Source: Deltaproteobacteria bacterium
GTDB lineage: Bacteria; Myxococcota_A; Polyangia; Polyangiales; JADJMO01
Reading direction: 5' to 3'
DNA: 64,000 nucleotides
NCBI GenBank assembly: GCA_016182965.1
Contig: JACPFM010000071.1
Coordinates: 3,181 to 67,180 of the forward strand
The notes below the pieces were generated by a model. It worked only from the letters and a program-made list of their open reading frames with translations. It did not search any database and was not told the origin of the DNA. Numbering within the stretch: the first letter of the stretch is position 1; each line of letters begins with the position of its first letter. The position numbers and the translations under genes were made by a program. Of this stretch, positions 39,436 through 47,495 are shown one piece after another.

Positions 39436-40275
39436 CTACTTGCCGAAGAACCGCGGGGGACGCCGCTCGAGGAACGCCGACATCGCCTCGCCGAGATCGC
39501 CGGACGGGAGGAAGGCGGCGTTCCACGCGGCGACGTGACGGAGACCGCGGGCGACCTGCGGCGCGATCGCCTCGTCCATCACCTGCTTGATGCCCTGCAC
39601 GACCAGCGGCGGATTGTCGGCGATCGATCGCGCGAGCGCGCGCGCGCCGCCGAGCAGCGCGTCTTGCGACTCGAACACCTCGTTGACCAGACCGATGCGC
39701 AGCGCGTGCTCGGCCGGGAAATCGCGGCCGGTGAAGGCGAGCTCGCGCGCGTGACCCTCGCCGACGATCGCCGGAAGGCGCTGGAGGCTGCCGAGATCGG
39801 CGACCATCGCGACCCGCACCTCGCGCACGGAGAACCTCGCGTCGGCCGAGCACAGGCGGACGTCGCACGCGGTGATCAGGTCGACGCCGCCGCCGATGCA
39901 CCAGCCGTTCACCGCGGCGATCACCGGCTTGCGGCACGCCGCGACCGCGTTGAAGGCCCGCTGCAGCTCGAGGATCTTGTCGTAGAGGCGGGTGCGCGTG
40001 GCGGCCGCGCCTTCGCCGCCGAGGAGGGGGCCGAGATCGCCCATCATCGCGGGCAGATCGAGCCCGTAGGTGAAGTGCGGGCCGTCGGTCCTCACGAGCA
40101 CGGCGCGAACGTCGTCGTCGCGATCGAGGGCCTCGAACACGCCGGGACACTCGCGCCAGAAGGCCGGGCCCATCGCGTTGCCCTTCCCTGGACCGCAGAG
40201 GGAGACCTCGGCAATGGAGTCGTGCTTGTCGACGCGAAAGGACTCGAGCTCGGGCATCCGCGGAGGTTCGGGCAA
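39436..40275 (-). CDS. Enoyl-CoA hydratase/isomerase (crotonase) family, dienoyl-CoA isomerase-like
   Basis: ...KPVIAAVNGWCIGGGVDLITACDVRLCSADARFSVREVRV.... Crotonase oxyanion-hole blocks. Confidence 0.85.
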   Translation of the reverse strand: MPEPPRMPELESFRVDKHDSIAEVSLCGPGKGNAMGPAFWRECPGVFEALDRDDDVRAVLVRTDGPHFTYGLDLPAMMGDLGPLLGGEGAAATRTRLYDKILELQRAFNAVAACRKPVIAAVNGWCIGGGVDLITACDVRLCSADARFSVREVRVAMVADLGSLQRLPAIVGEGHARELAFTGRDFPAEHALRIGLVNEVFESQDALLGGARALARSIADNPPLVVQGIKQVMDEAIAPQVARGLRHVAAWNAAFLPSGDLGEAMSAFLERRPPRFFGK

Positions 40276-40336
40276 CGGCCGTCGAACGACAAGTCCCCAG
40301 GTTTCGGGCGATGCGTCTCCGCTGCTTGTCTCCGCT

Positions 40337-40422
40337 GGGTCGAAGGTCGAAGGTCCAATGTCGAAGGGGGCGAACCGAGGCGCTTCCTACGACCTTCGAC
40401 GTTCGACCTTCGACCCGGTCCG
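40337..40422. repeat. Heptamer hairpin element, copy R2 (hairpin only, no flanking arrays)
   Basis: The left arm gggtcgaaggtcgaaggtc pairs with the right arm gaccttcgacgttcgaccttcgaccc, followed by ggtccg. It sits in a divergent intergenic region. Confidence 0.85.
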
Positions 40423-40504
40423 CGAGCGCGCCGAGGCGGGCGTTGGCAGGGAGTCGCGAACGCCCACTGCGCAAAGCCGACGACTTCCGTTAGGCTCGTC
40501 GGCC

Positions 40505-41023
40505 ATGAAGATCGCGCCCGGCAGCATCGTCCGCATCGACTACGAGATCCGCGTCAAGGGCGGCGACGTCATCGAGTCGTCGGCGAAGTCCGGCCCCGTC
40601 CAGTACGTGCACGGCGAGGGCAAGCTGCTCCCCGCGCTCGAGCGACGCCTCGCCGGGCTCTCCGCCGGGCAGTCGCTCGAAGGAGAGATCCCTTCGGCCG
40701 AGGCGATCCCCCCGGAGGAGACGCTGCCCACGCGCGCCATCCCGCGCGCCGAGTTCCCCAAGGACGCGCCCCTCGAGATCGGCTCGCTGTTCGAGGCGCA
40801 CACCGCGACGGGCGGCGTGATCGATCTCCGCATCATCGCCGTCGACGAGCGGCACGTCACCGCGCGCCTCTTGCCGCCGCTGTTCGGCAAGGACCTCGCC
40901 TTCAAGGTGAAGGTGATGATGATCGAGGACCCGGTCAGCCACGCGCGCGAGATCGTCTTCAAGAAGCCCCCGCCCATCCCCGCGGAGGCCCTCGACCTCG
41001 AGCTCGAAGAGGCGAAGGACTAG
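40505..41023 (+). CDS. FKBP-type peptidyl-prolyl cis-trans isomerase (SlyD/SlpA-like, with an IF insert)
   Basis: MKIAPGSIVRIDYEIRVKGGDVIESS...VQYVHGEGKLLPALERRLAGL..G. Typical SlyD-like N-terminus. Confidence 0.85.
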   Translation: MKIAPGSIVRIDYEIRVKGGDVIESSAKSGPVQYVHGEGKLLPALERRLAGLSAGQSLEGEIPSAEAIPPEETLPTRAIPRAEFPKDAPLEIGSLFEAHTATGGVIDLRIIAVDERHVTARLLPPLFGKDLAFKVKVMMIEDPVSHAREIVFKKPPPIPAEALDLELEEAKD

Positions 41024-41128
41024 CCCTAGCTAGCCAGTAGGGTGCTCACGCCGGAGGACCCAAGCCGATGCCCACCCCTCGGGGTGAGATCGACGAGATA
41101 CCCATGATGCCAGATCGGCCACGATCCT

Positions 41129-41458
41129 GTGCCGCACGGCGGTGGTCCTGCCCTGTTACCACTCGCGGCCGCGAGCGTAATCCGTGGTTTTCGATCACCG
41201 CGGGCTGAAGCCCACGGCAACTCGCGCAAGCCCCGCTTCGCGGGGCTCAGCGGACGGTTTCGGTGGAATCGAGCCTGGAGCTGCGGACAACACACCTGCG
41301 GTGGACGTCCGAGCAAGCCCAGCGAAGCTGGGCTTCAGAGGCATGCCGTGGGCTTCAGCCCGCGGACATCAAGGGAAGCACGTCTCGGGATCTGTCATCG
41401 CGCGCTCCCCTCGTGGCCTCAGCCTTGAAAACAGGGTCGAACCACCGCCGAGCGGCAC
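41129..41458. other. 330-bp nested inverted-repeat, multi-hairpin element (candidate structured ncRNA or MITE)
   Basis: The outer 29-nt IR (41129-41157 vs 41430-41458) matches at 24 of 29 positions. The inner IR is a perfect 22 nt (41198-41219 vs 41344-41365). Internal GC hairpins lie at 41230-41246 and 41314-41334. No credible ORF. Confidence 0.6.
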
Positions 41459-41707
41459 CAGTCGTCAGTCTTCAGTCGAAGGGCGAGAGCTCCCCGCGTG
41501 TCCGGGCCCGAAGAGGCTGCTTCAAGGGGGCCGGGAGATTGCCGTCCGTTTCGACCTTCGACCCGAAGGTCGAATCGAGAGCCCATTTCCACGGGGTTCC
41601 AGGGGCTCCGCCCCTGGTTCGACCTTCAACCTTTCGACGTTCGACCAAGCTCGACGAAAGATTCACAGTCTCTGACGACTGACGACTGACGACTGACGAC
41701 TGACGAC
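41459..41707 (-). repeat. Heptamer-array/hairpin composite element, copy R3 (inverted orientation, both ends present)
   Basis: Degenerate left array gtcgtca-gtcttca-gtcgaag (41461-81). The core is the reverse complement of R1 (ccaggggctccgcccctgg). (TGACGAC)5 at 41673-41707 runs straight into the TCA stop of the minus-strand gene. Confidence 0.9.
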
Positions 41708-43231
41708 TCACAGCGGGTACCCCAGCGTCGCGCCGAGCAGCGTCACCAGGATCAGCACCACCGGCGCGAGCACCAGGAAGACGAGGAACGTGTAGCCCAT
41801 CACGTCCTTCGCCCGCAGGCCGAACAGGCCGAGGATGGGCAGCATCCAGAACGGCTGCACGAGGTTGGCGAGCGCCTCGCCGAGGTCGTAGACCGCGACC
41901 ATCCAGCCGAGGTGCACCTTCAGATCGTGGGCGGCCTGCATCACGTAGGGCGCCTCGATCACCCACTTCGACCCGCCGCTCGGCACGAAGACGCCGAGGA
42001 CGGCGGAGTAGACGGCGATCACCGCCGGGAAGGTCTTCGGCGTCGAGACGGAGACGAACCAGCCGGCGAGCTTCTCGTTGAGGTGCGTCTTGACGATCAG
42101 CGCGGCGATGCCCGCGTAGAAGGGGAACTGCAGGATCACGCCCCACACGCCGGGCGTCGCCTCGCGCACCGAGCGCATCAGGCGCGCCGGCGTGCCGTGC
42201 AGCGCGACGCCGCAGGTGAGGAACAGCAGGTTGATCGTGTTGAGGTTGAGCGCGTTGAGGCCCTGGCCGCTCTTGGCGAAGTACCGCACGAGGTAGGTGC
42301 TCGCGAGCAGCACGAAGAGCGCGTTGAGGATCGACGAGTGCTCGAGCCACTCGCCGGGCGTGCCCTTCACCGGCGGATCGTCGCGATCGAGCGGCGACTC
42401 GCCGAGCTCGATGCCCATCGAGGCGGCGGTGCGCGCGCGCGCCGCGTCGGGCGCGTAGAGGTAGACGAGCGCGGTGACGATCACGATCTCGACCGCGACG
42501 CTCACGAGGCTCTGCCAGAGGAAGATGGTGTTCGACAGCGGGATGACGCCGCCCGGGATCTTGCCGCCGCCGTCGACGATCTGGCGGATCGCGGGCTGCA
42601 GCGCGCTCGGCGTGGCCATCTGCAGCGCCGCCGAGCCGGAGAGCCCCTGCGCCCAGATGCTCCCGAGGCCGAGGAACGCGCTCGCCGCGACGGCGCGGTA
42701 GTCGACGCCCTGCACGCGGCGCGCGGTCTCCTTGGCGAGCATCGCGCTGAAGATCAGCGAGAAGCCCCAGTTCAGCCACGACGAGAGCATCGCGAACATC
42801 GCGACCCACGCGATCGCCACCTTGGGGGCGCGCGGGAAGCTCGCGAGCGCGGCGATCAGCCGGTAGACCGGCCGCGTCGTCGCCACGACGTACCCGGTGA
42901 TGATCACGAGGGCCATCTGCAGGGTGAAGGGGATCAGCTCCCAGAAGCCGGTGCCCCAGATCTCGGCGGCGGCCAGCGTGGCGCCGCGTACGCCGGCGGT
43001 CGGTCGCAGCATGAGCACCGCCGCGACGAACACGAGGAACGTCGCCACCAGGGCGAAGACGAACGCGTCGGGGATCCACCGCTCCGCCCAGCTGGTGAAG
43101 CGCGCGGCGCCGCGCGCGAGGAGCCCCTCGGGCGGCGGCAGATCGGGCCTGGGCGCGGACGATTCGCCGCCGCTGCTGGACGCCTGGCCCCCGGACTTGC
43201 CGAGGGAGCTCGGGAGATCGGCCCCGGACAT
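41708..43231 (-). CDS. Short-chain fatty acid transporter (AtoE/TIGR00366-like)
   Basis: ATG 43231 (MSGADLPSS...). WAERWIPDAFVFALVATFLVF..., FWELIPFTLQMALVIITGYVVA..., SWLNWGFSLIFSAMLA.... Polytopic, about 507 aa. Confidence 0.75.
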   Translation of the reverse strand: MSGADLPSSLGKSGGQASSSGGESSAPRPDLPPPEGLLARGAARFTSWAERWIPDAFVFALVATFLVFVAAVLMLRPTAGVRGATLAAAEIWGTGFWELIPFTLQMALVIITGYVVATTRPVYRLIAALASFPRAPKVAIAWVAMFAMLSSWLNWGFSLIFSAMLAKETARRVQGVDYRAVAASAFLGLGSIWAQGLSGSAALQMATPSALQPAIRQIVDGGGKIPGGVIPLSNTIFLWQSLVSVAVEIVIVTALVYLYAPDAARARTAASMGIELGESPLDRDDPPVKGTPGEWLEHSSILNALFVLLASTYLVRYFAKSGQGLNALNLNTINLLFLTCGVALHGTPARLMRSVREATPGVWGVILQFPFYAGIAALIVKTHLNEKLAGWFVSVSTPKTFPAVIAVYSAVLGVFVPSGGSKWVIEAPYVMQAAHDLKVHLGWMVAVYDLGEALANLVQPFWMLPILGLFGLRAKDVMGYTFLVFLVLAPVVLILVTLLGATLGYPL

Positions 43232-43373
43232 GGCCGCCAATCTCGCACGGAACGCCGCCGTCGCGGAGGGTGGCGGAGAAGGAGCGGCCGTGTCGCGCTC
43301 GCCGCGTCGTCGCGTCGACCCCGGGCGCGACGCTCGGGCGTGGTCGCGTCCTTGCATCGAGGATGCCGCAGTC

Positions 43374-45590
43374 GTGACCGACTCGGGCTCAGCACGCCGC
43401 GCGCGCCGCGCGTGGGATGACGTCCTGCTCGCGACCGTCGCCTCGATGGCGATGATCGCCCAGCAGGTCGCGGGCAAGGCGACCCGCGACGCCCTGTTCC
43501 TCACGCAGTTCTCGGTGCAGCGCCTGCCCGACATGATGATCGCCGGGGCCGCCGTCTCGTTCGGCGCGGCGATCTGGGCCGCGCGGGCGCTCGCGCGGCA
43601 CGGTCCCCGCAAGGTCGTCCGGGCGGCCTTCACCGCGAGCGCGGCCGCATTCGCGGCGGAGTTCGCGATCAGCTGGGTGTCGCAGCGGTCGATCGCGCTG
43701 ATCGTCTACGCGCACATGGCGCTGTTCGGCGCCACGCTCATCTCGCTCTTCTGGTCGCTGGTCAACGAGCGGTTCGACCCGCACGCGGCGAAGCCGGCGG
43801 TGGCGCGCATCGCGGCCGGCGGAACGCTCGGCGGCGTGCTCGGCGGCGCGATCGGCTGGAACATCGCGTCGTGGACCTCGGTGCGCGGCATGCTCGTCGC
43901 GTTGGCGGTGTTGAACCTGGTGGCCCTCGCCGCGGTCGCGAGGATGAGCGAGCGACGTGTCTCGGCGCCGTCGCTCGCGCCCTCCAAGCCGCCCGAGCCG
44001 GTGGCCATCGGCTCGGGGCTGCGCGCGATGCGCGCCGAGCCCTACCTGCTCACCCTCGGCGCGATGGTCGCGGTGCTCGCCCTGGTCGAGGCGCTCGTCG
44101 ACTGGTCGTTCGCCGCGCAGGCGCGCGATCGCTTCGTCACCGGGCGATCGCTGATGGCGTTCTTCTCGGCCTTCCACATGGTGGTGTCGATCCTCACCTT
44201 CGCGGCGCAGGCGATGCTGAGCCGGCGTTCGCTCGAGCGCTTCGGGCTCGCCGGCACCATGATGGCGGCCCCGCTGGTGGTGGCGATGCTCGCGGGCGCG
44301 GCCATCGACACGCCCGGGCTCTTCGCGATCGTGGTCCTGCGCGGCGGCGAGGCGGTGCTCGCCAACTCGCTGTGGCGCTCGGCCTACGAGCTGCTCTACA
44401 CGCCGGTCGCGCAGGAGAAGAAGCGGCCGACCAAGACGCTGATCGACGTCGGCTGCGATCGCCTCGGCACGCTGCTCGGCGCGGGCCTGGTCATCGTCAC
44501 GCTGCGCCTCGGCGTCGCGACGGTCGCGGTGCTGGTGCTGGTCCTGGTCTTCGCCGCGATGGCCATCGTCCTCGCGCGCCTGCTGCAGTCCGGGTACGTC
44601 GCGGCGCTGGAGGAGAGCCTGCGCACCGGCGCCGTCCGCGTCGAGGGGCCGGAGGTGTTCGAGCTCACCACGCGACGGACCATCCGGGCCTCGCGGCTGC
44701 GGGCGCCGATCGCCTCGCCGCCGCCGACGCCACCGCCGCCGCCGGCGCCGCCGAGCGACCAGGCGGCCGCCGAGGGCGATCGGTTGCTCGCGGCGATCGC
44801 CGATCTGCGCTCGCGCGAGCGCCGCCGCATCCAGCGCGTGTTGTGCGCCGCGGACGACGATCCGCGCCTCGCTCCCTTCGTCCTCCCGCTGCTCGGGCGG
44901 GCCGACGTCCGGAGCGAGGCGGTCGCGTGGCTGCGCCGGCTCGCGCCGCGGATCACCGGGCAGCTCGTCGACGCCCTGGTCGACCCCGCGACCGATCCGG
45001 ACGTCCAGCGACGGATCCCGCGGGTGCTGCGCGCGGCCGGGTCGCAGGTCGCCGTCGACGGGCTGGTGCGCGCGCTCGCCGACGATCGCTTCGAGGTGCG
45101 CTACGAGTGCGGGCTGTCGCTGGCGCGCATGGTCGAGAGGGATCCGTCGCTCGCCGTCGCCTCGGAGCCGATCGTCGCCGCCGTCCGCCGCGAGCTCGCC
45201 GTCGAGCGACGCATCCTCGAGGCCGAGCCGGCGCTCGACCTGCTCGACGACGACGGCGATGGACCGCTGTTCGACCCGGGCCTGCGCGATCGGGCGAGCC
45301 GCGGCCTCGAGCACGTGTTCACCATCCTCGCGCTGATGCTCGATCGGGAGCAGCTCCGCACGGCCTTCCGCGCGCTGGTCGCCGGCGACGACGCGCTGCG
45401 CGGCACCGCGCTCGAGTACCTCGAGAACGTGCTCCCCGGTGAGATGCGCGACGCGCTGTGGCCCTACGTCACCGGCGCGCACCGCCCCACGCGACGCGGC
45501 GCGCGGTCGGCGCAGGAGGTGCTCGCCGAGCTGCTCCGGGCCGAGGGCCCGCTGTCGGCGCTGCGCGGGCGCCGCGAGAGCCTCGCCTGA
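43374..45590 (+). CDS. TLC/Npt-like (MFS-type) membrane protein fused to a C-terminal HEAT/ARM-repeat domain
   Basis: GKATRDALFLTQF... near TM1 resembles the K..RD.L motif of ATP/ADP-translocase-like carriers. About 11 TM helices. C-terminal ~250 aa carry repeated ...VAWLRRL..., DPDVQRRIPRVL, DDRFEVRYECGLSLARM. The GTG start is uncertain. Confidence 0.55.
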   Translation: MTDSGSARRARRAWDDVLLATVASMAMIAQQVAGKATRDALFLTQFSVQRLPDMMIAGAAVSFGAAIWAARALARHGPRKVVRAAFTASAAAFAAEFAISWVSQRSIALIVYAHMALFGATLISLFWSLVNERFDPHAAKPAVARIAAGGTLGGVLGGAIGWNIASWTSVRGMLVALAVLNLVALAAVARMSERRVSAPSLAPSKPPEPVAIGSGLRAMRAEPYLLTLGAMVAVLALVEALVDWSFAAQARDRFVTGRSLMAFFSAFHMVVSILTFAAQAMLSRRSLERFGLAGTMMAAPLVVAMLAGAAIDTPGLFAIVVLRGGEAVLANSLWRSAYELLYTPVAQEKKRPTKTLIDVGCDRLGTLLGAGLVIVTLRLGVATVAVLVLVLVFAAMAIVLARLLQSGYVAALEESLRTGAVRVEGPEVFELTTRRTIRASRLRAPIASPPPTPPPPPAPPSDQAAAEGDRLLAAIADLRSRERRRIQRVLCAADDDPRLAPFVLPLLGRADVRSEAVAWLRRLAPRITGQLVDALVDPATDPDVQRRIPRVLRAAGSQVAVDGLVRALADDRFEVRYECGLSLARMVERDPSLAVASEPIVAAVRRELAVERRILEAEPALDLLDDDGDGPLFDPGLRDRASRGLEHVFTILALMLDREQLRTAFRALVAGDDALRGTALEYLENVLPGEMRDALWPYVTGAHRPTRRGARSAQEVLAELLRAEGPLSALRGRRESLA

Positions 45591-45596
45591 TCGGCA

Positions 45597-45692
45597 GTCG
45601 TCAGTCGTCAGTCGTCAGTCGTCAGTCGTCAGTCGTCAGTCGTCAGTCGTCAGAGAGTGTGAATCTCTCGTCGAGCTTGGTCGAAGGTCGAC
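45597..45692 (+). repeat. Heptamer-array element, copy R4 (truncated after the first arm)
   Basis: Exactly 8 GTCGTCA units (45597-45652), then gagagtgtgaatctctcgtcgagcttggtcgaaggtcgacc, homologous to the R1/R3 left half. The remainder is missing. Confidence 0.85.
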
Positions 45693-45743
45693 CTGCAAAG
45701 CATCTGGCGGGAGACGTGGGCGGTCGAGCAGGCGACGGTCGCG

Positions 45744-47072
45744 TCAGAAGCCGCGCGTCGAGCCGAGCATCACGCGGAGCTCGTTCGGTCGCAGCCCGTC
45801 CTCCCACGTCTCGGTGCCGGCGCCGACGAGCACCTCGAGCTGGTGGTCCGGTGAGCTGGTGGTGCGGAACCCGACGGCGGCGCTCAAGCGGGTGAGCTTC
45901 GGGTCGAGCTCCGAGAGGCGCGCGCCCCACACGTTGCCGGCGCCGAGCTGCAGCGCGCCGTGGAGCCAGATCCAGATCGGCCACTCGTACTGCGCGGTGA
46001 CCACCAGCGCGCTGCGATCGACGAGGCGCCCGGGGCGGTACCCGCGCATCGGCTCGAAGCCGCCGAGGGTGATCTGCTCGGTGAACGGGATCGCGCCGCG
46101 CAGCGGGTCGACGAAGGCGGCGTACCCGACGAGGCCGAGCGTGCGGCGATGTCCGACGTCGAGGAACGCGCCTGCGGTCGCGCCGTAGCGGAGCCACCTG
46201 CGGGTGGTGTCGCCTGCGTGCTCGCCCGAGAGGACGAGACGCGCGCCGGTGCGCGGCCCGTCGGGATCGCGCGAGTCGAGCACGAGATCGAGCCCCTGGT
46301 GCGCGATGGTGTACCCGTCTTCGAAACCGGGCGGCAGCTCGACCTGCCCGGAGGCCACGCGCTGCGCGAGGCTCGGATCTCCGCAGCACCTGCGATCGTC
46401 GTCGAACCGGAGCCGCCGCACGCCGATCGACGTGCGAACGGCGCTCGCCCGGAAGATCCGCAGATCGAACAGGAGGCTCGCGGCGGTGCGATCGGAGCGG
46501 TAGCGGCCGAGGTCGCGCTCGCGGCTGCGCGGCCCGAGGCCGCCGAATAGCCCGTCCGAGCGGCGGGTCCACTCCGCGCGCAGCGACACCGTGCCGCGGT
46601 CTTCGCCGCGGTAGCGGACGGTCAGCCGGTCGACGACCGTGAACGACAGCCAGTCTTCGCCCCACGTCGCGGCGTGCATGCGGAACGCGTTCTTGCGCAC
46701 GACGAAGTCGTCCCAGAAGAAGTAGACGCCGACGCTCGGCAAGAGGCCGAACTCGTAGAACGCCGTCGGGACCCAACCGATCTTGTGCGCCTCGTCGAAG
46801 GTGAAGAAGTCGACGAGCCGGGTGGGCCAGCGGTGCTTCTCGGCGTGCGTCGTGAGCGCGCCGAGCGGGACGCGCAGCACGTACTCGTGCACCATCCACA
46901 GCGGAAAGAGGACCGTGCGCGGCGCCCAGGCGACCGCCTCGCCGACGGTCGTCCGCCGCTCGCCGCGTCCGTCGTAGTCGGGGCGGGGGCGTCGGTACGT
47001 CGCTGCCGCGTCGCCGCTCGCGCTGATTCCGGCGACGAGCAGCGCCGTCGCAAGCCACAACCGCACGGGCAT
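45744..47072 (-). CDS. Outer-membrane Omp85/BamA-like (bacterial surface antigen) beta-barrel protein
   Basis: Signal peptide MPVRLWLATALLVAGISASG. The C-terminal barrel ends ...NELRVMLGSTRGF (terminal Phe). ...ITLGGFEPMRGYRPGRL... is Omp85-like. Confidence 0.65.
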   Translation of the reverse strand: MPVRLWLATALLVAGISASGDAAATYRRPRPDYDGRGERRTTVGEAVAWAPRTVLFPLWMVHEYVLRVPLGALTTHAEKHRWPTRLVDFFTFDEAHKIGWVPTAFYEFGLLPSVGVYFFWDDFVVRKNAFRMHAATWGEDWLSFTVVDRLTVRYRGEDRGTVSLRAEWTRRSDGLFGGLGPRSRERDLGRYRSDRTAASLLFDLRIFRASAVRTSIGVRRLRFDDDRRCCGDPSLAQRVASGQVELPPGFEDGYTIAHQGLDLVLDSRDPDGPRTGARLVLSGEHAGDTTRRWLRYGATAGAFLDVGHRRTLGLVGYAAFVDPLRGAIPFTEQITLGGFEPMRGYRPGRLVDRSALVVTAQYEWPIWIWLHGALQLGAGNVWGARLSELDPKLTRLSAAVGFRTTSSPDHQLEVLVGAGTETWEDGLRPNELRVMLGSTRGF

Positions 47073-47135
47073 CGGACGCCGGAGGCCCCGTCGCGTCGCT
47101 CGAAGACTTCTGTCGCGGTGCGTCATCTTCGCGCT

Positions 47136-47495
47136 ATGCTGTCGGCGATGATCGCGATCCGTGGCGCCGTCGAGGTCGACGCCGATACGGCCGAGGCCAT
47201 CGGCCGTGCCGTCGACGCTCTCTGCGCCGAGCTCACGCGCGCCAACGCGCTCGACCCGGGAGAGATCGTCTCCGCCTTCTTCACGCTGACGCCCGATCTC
47301 CACGCCGCGTTCCCTGCGCTCGCCGCGCGCAAGCAGGGCTGGGGCGACGTGCCGATGATCTGCGCGCAAGAGATCGACGTCCCCGGCGCGCTGCCCCGCG
47401 TCTGCCGCGTGCTGTTGCACGTGCGCCGCGACGCGCCCGGCACGCACGTCTACCTCGGCGGCGCGCGCAAGCTGCGGCCCGACCTGTCGCCGTGA
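47136..47495 (+). CDS. aroH: Chorismate mutase, AroH class
   Basis: (MLSA)MIAIRGAVEVDADTAEAI....SAFFTLTPDLHAAFPA.AAR...W.DVPMICAQEIDVPGALPRVCRVLLHV aligns by eye with B. subtilis AroH. The start may be 47148. Confidence 0.85.
   Translation: MLSAMIAIRGAVEVDADTAEAIGRAVDALCAELTRANALDPGEIVSAFFTLTPDLHAAFPALAARKQGWGDVPMICAQEIDVPGALPRVCRVLLHVRRDAPGTHVYLGGARKLRPDLSP

Noticed and set aside
38336-41040. 712-aa minus-strand and 782-aa plus-strand ORFs spanning the Fpg, crotonase and FKBP genes
   Set aside because: Both are out of frame or antisense to three well-supported genes. They run through a non-coding repeat, and their composition is Arg/Pro/Gly-rich.
41129-41458. Retron msr/msd, tmRNA, RNase P RNA, SRP RNA, group II intron or a common riboswitch as the identity of the nested-IR element
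   Set aside because: There is no adjacent reverse transcriptase. There is no tRNA-like acceptor/T-arm plus tag ORF, no GGAAAGUCCGG or ACAGNRA RNase P blocks, no SRP helix-8 motif, no domain V consensus, and no B12, TPP, FMN or SAM core motifs. It also sits between two gene 3' ends, not in a 5' UTR. It is left as unclassified.
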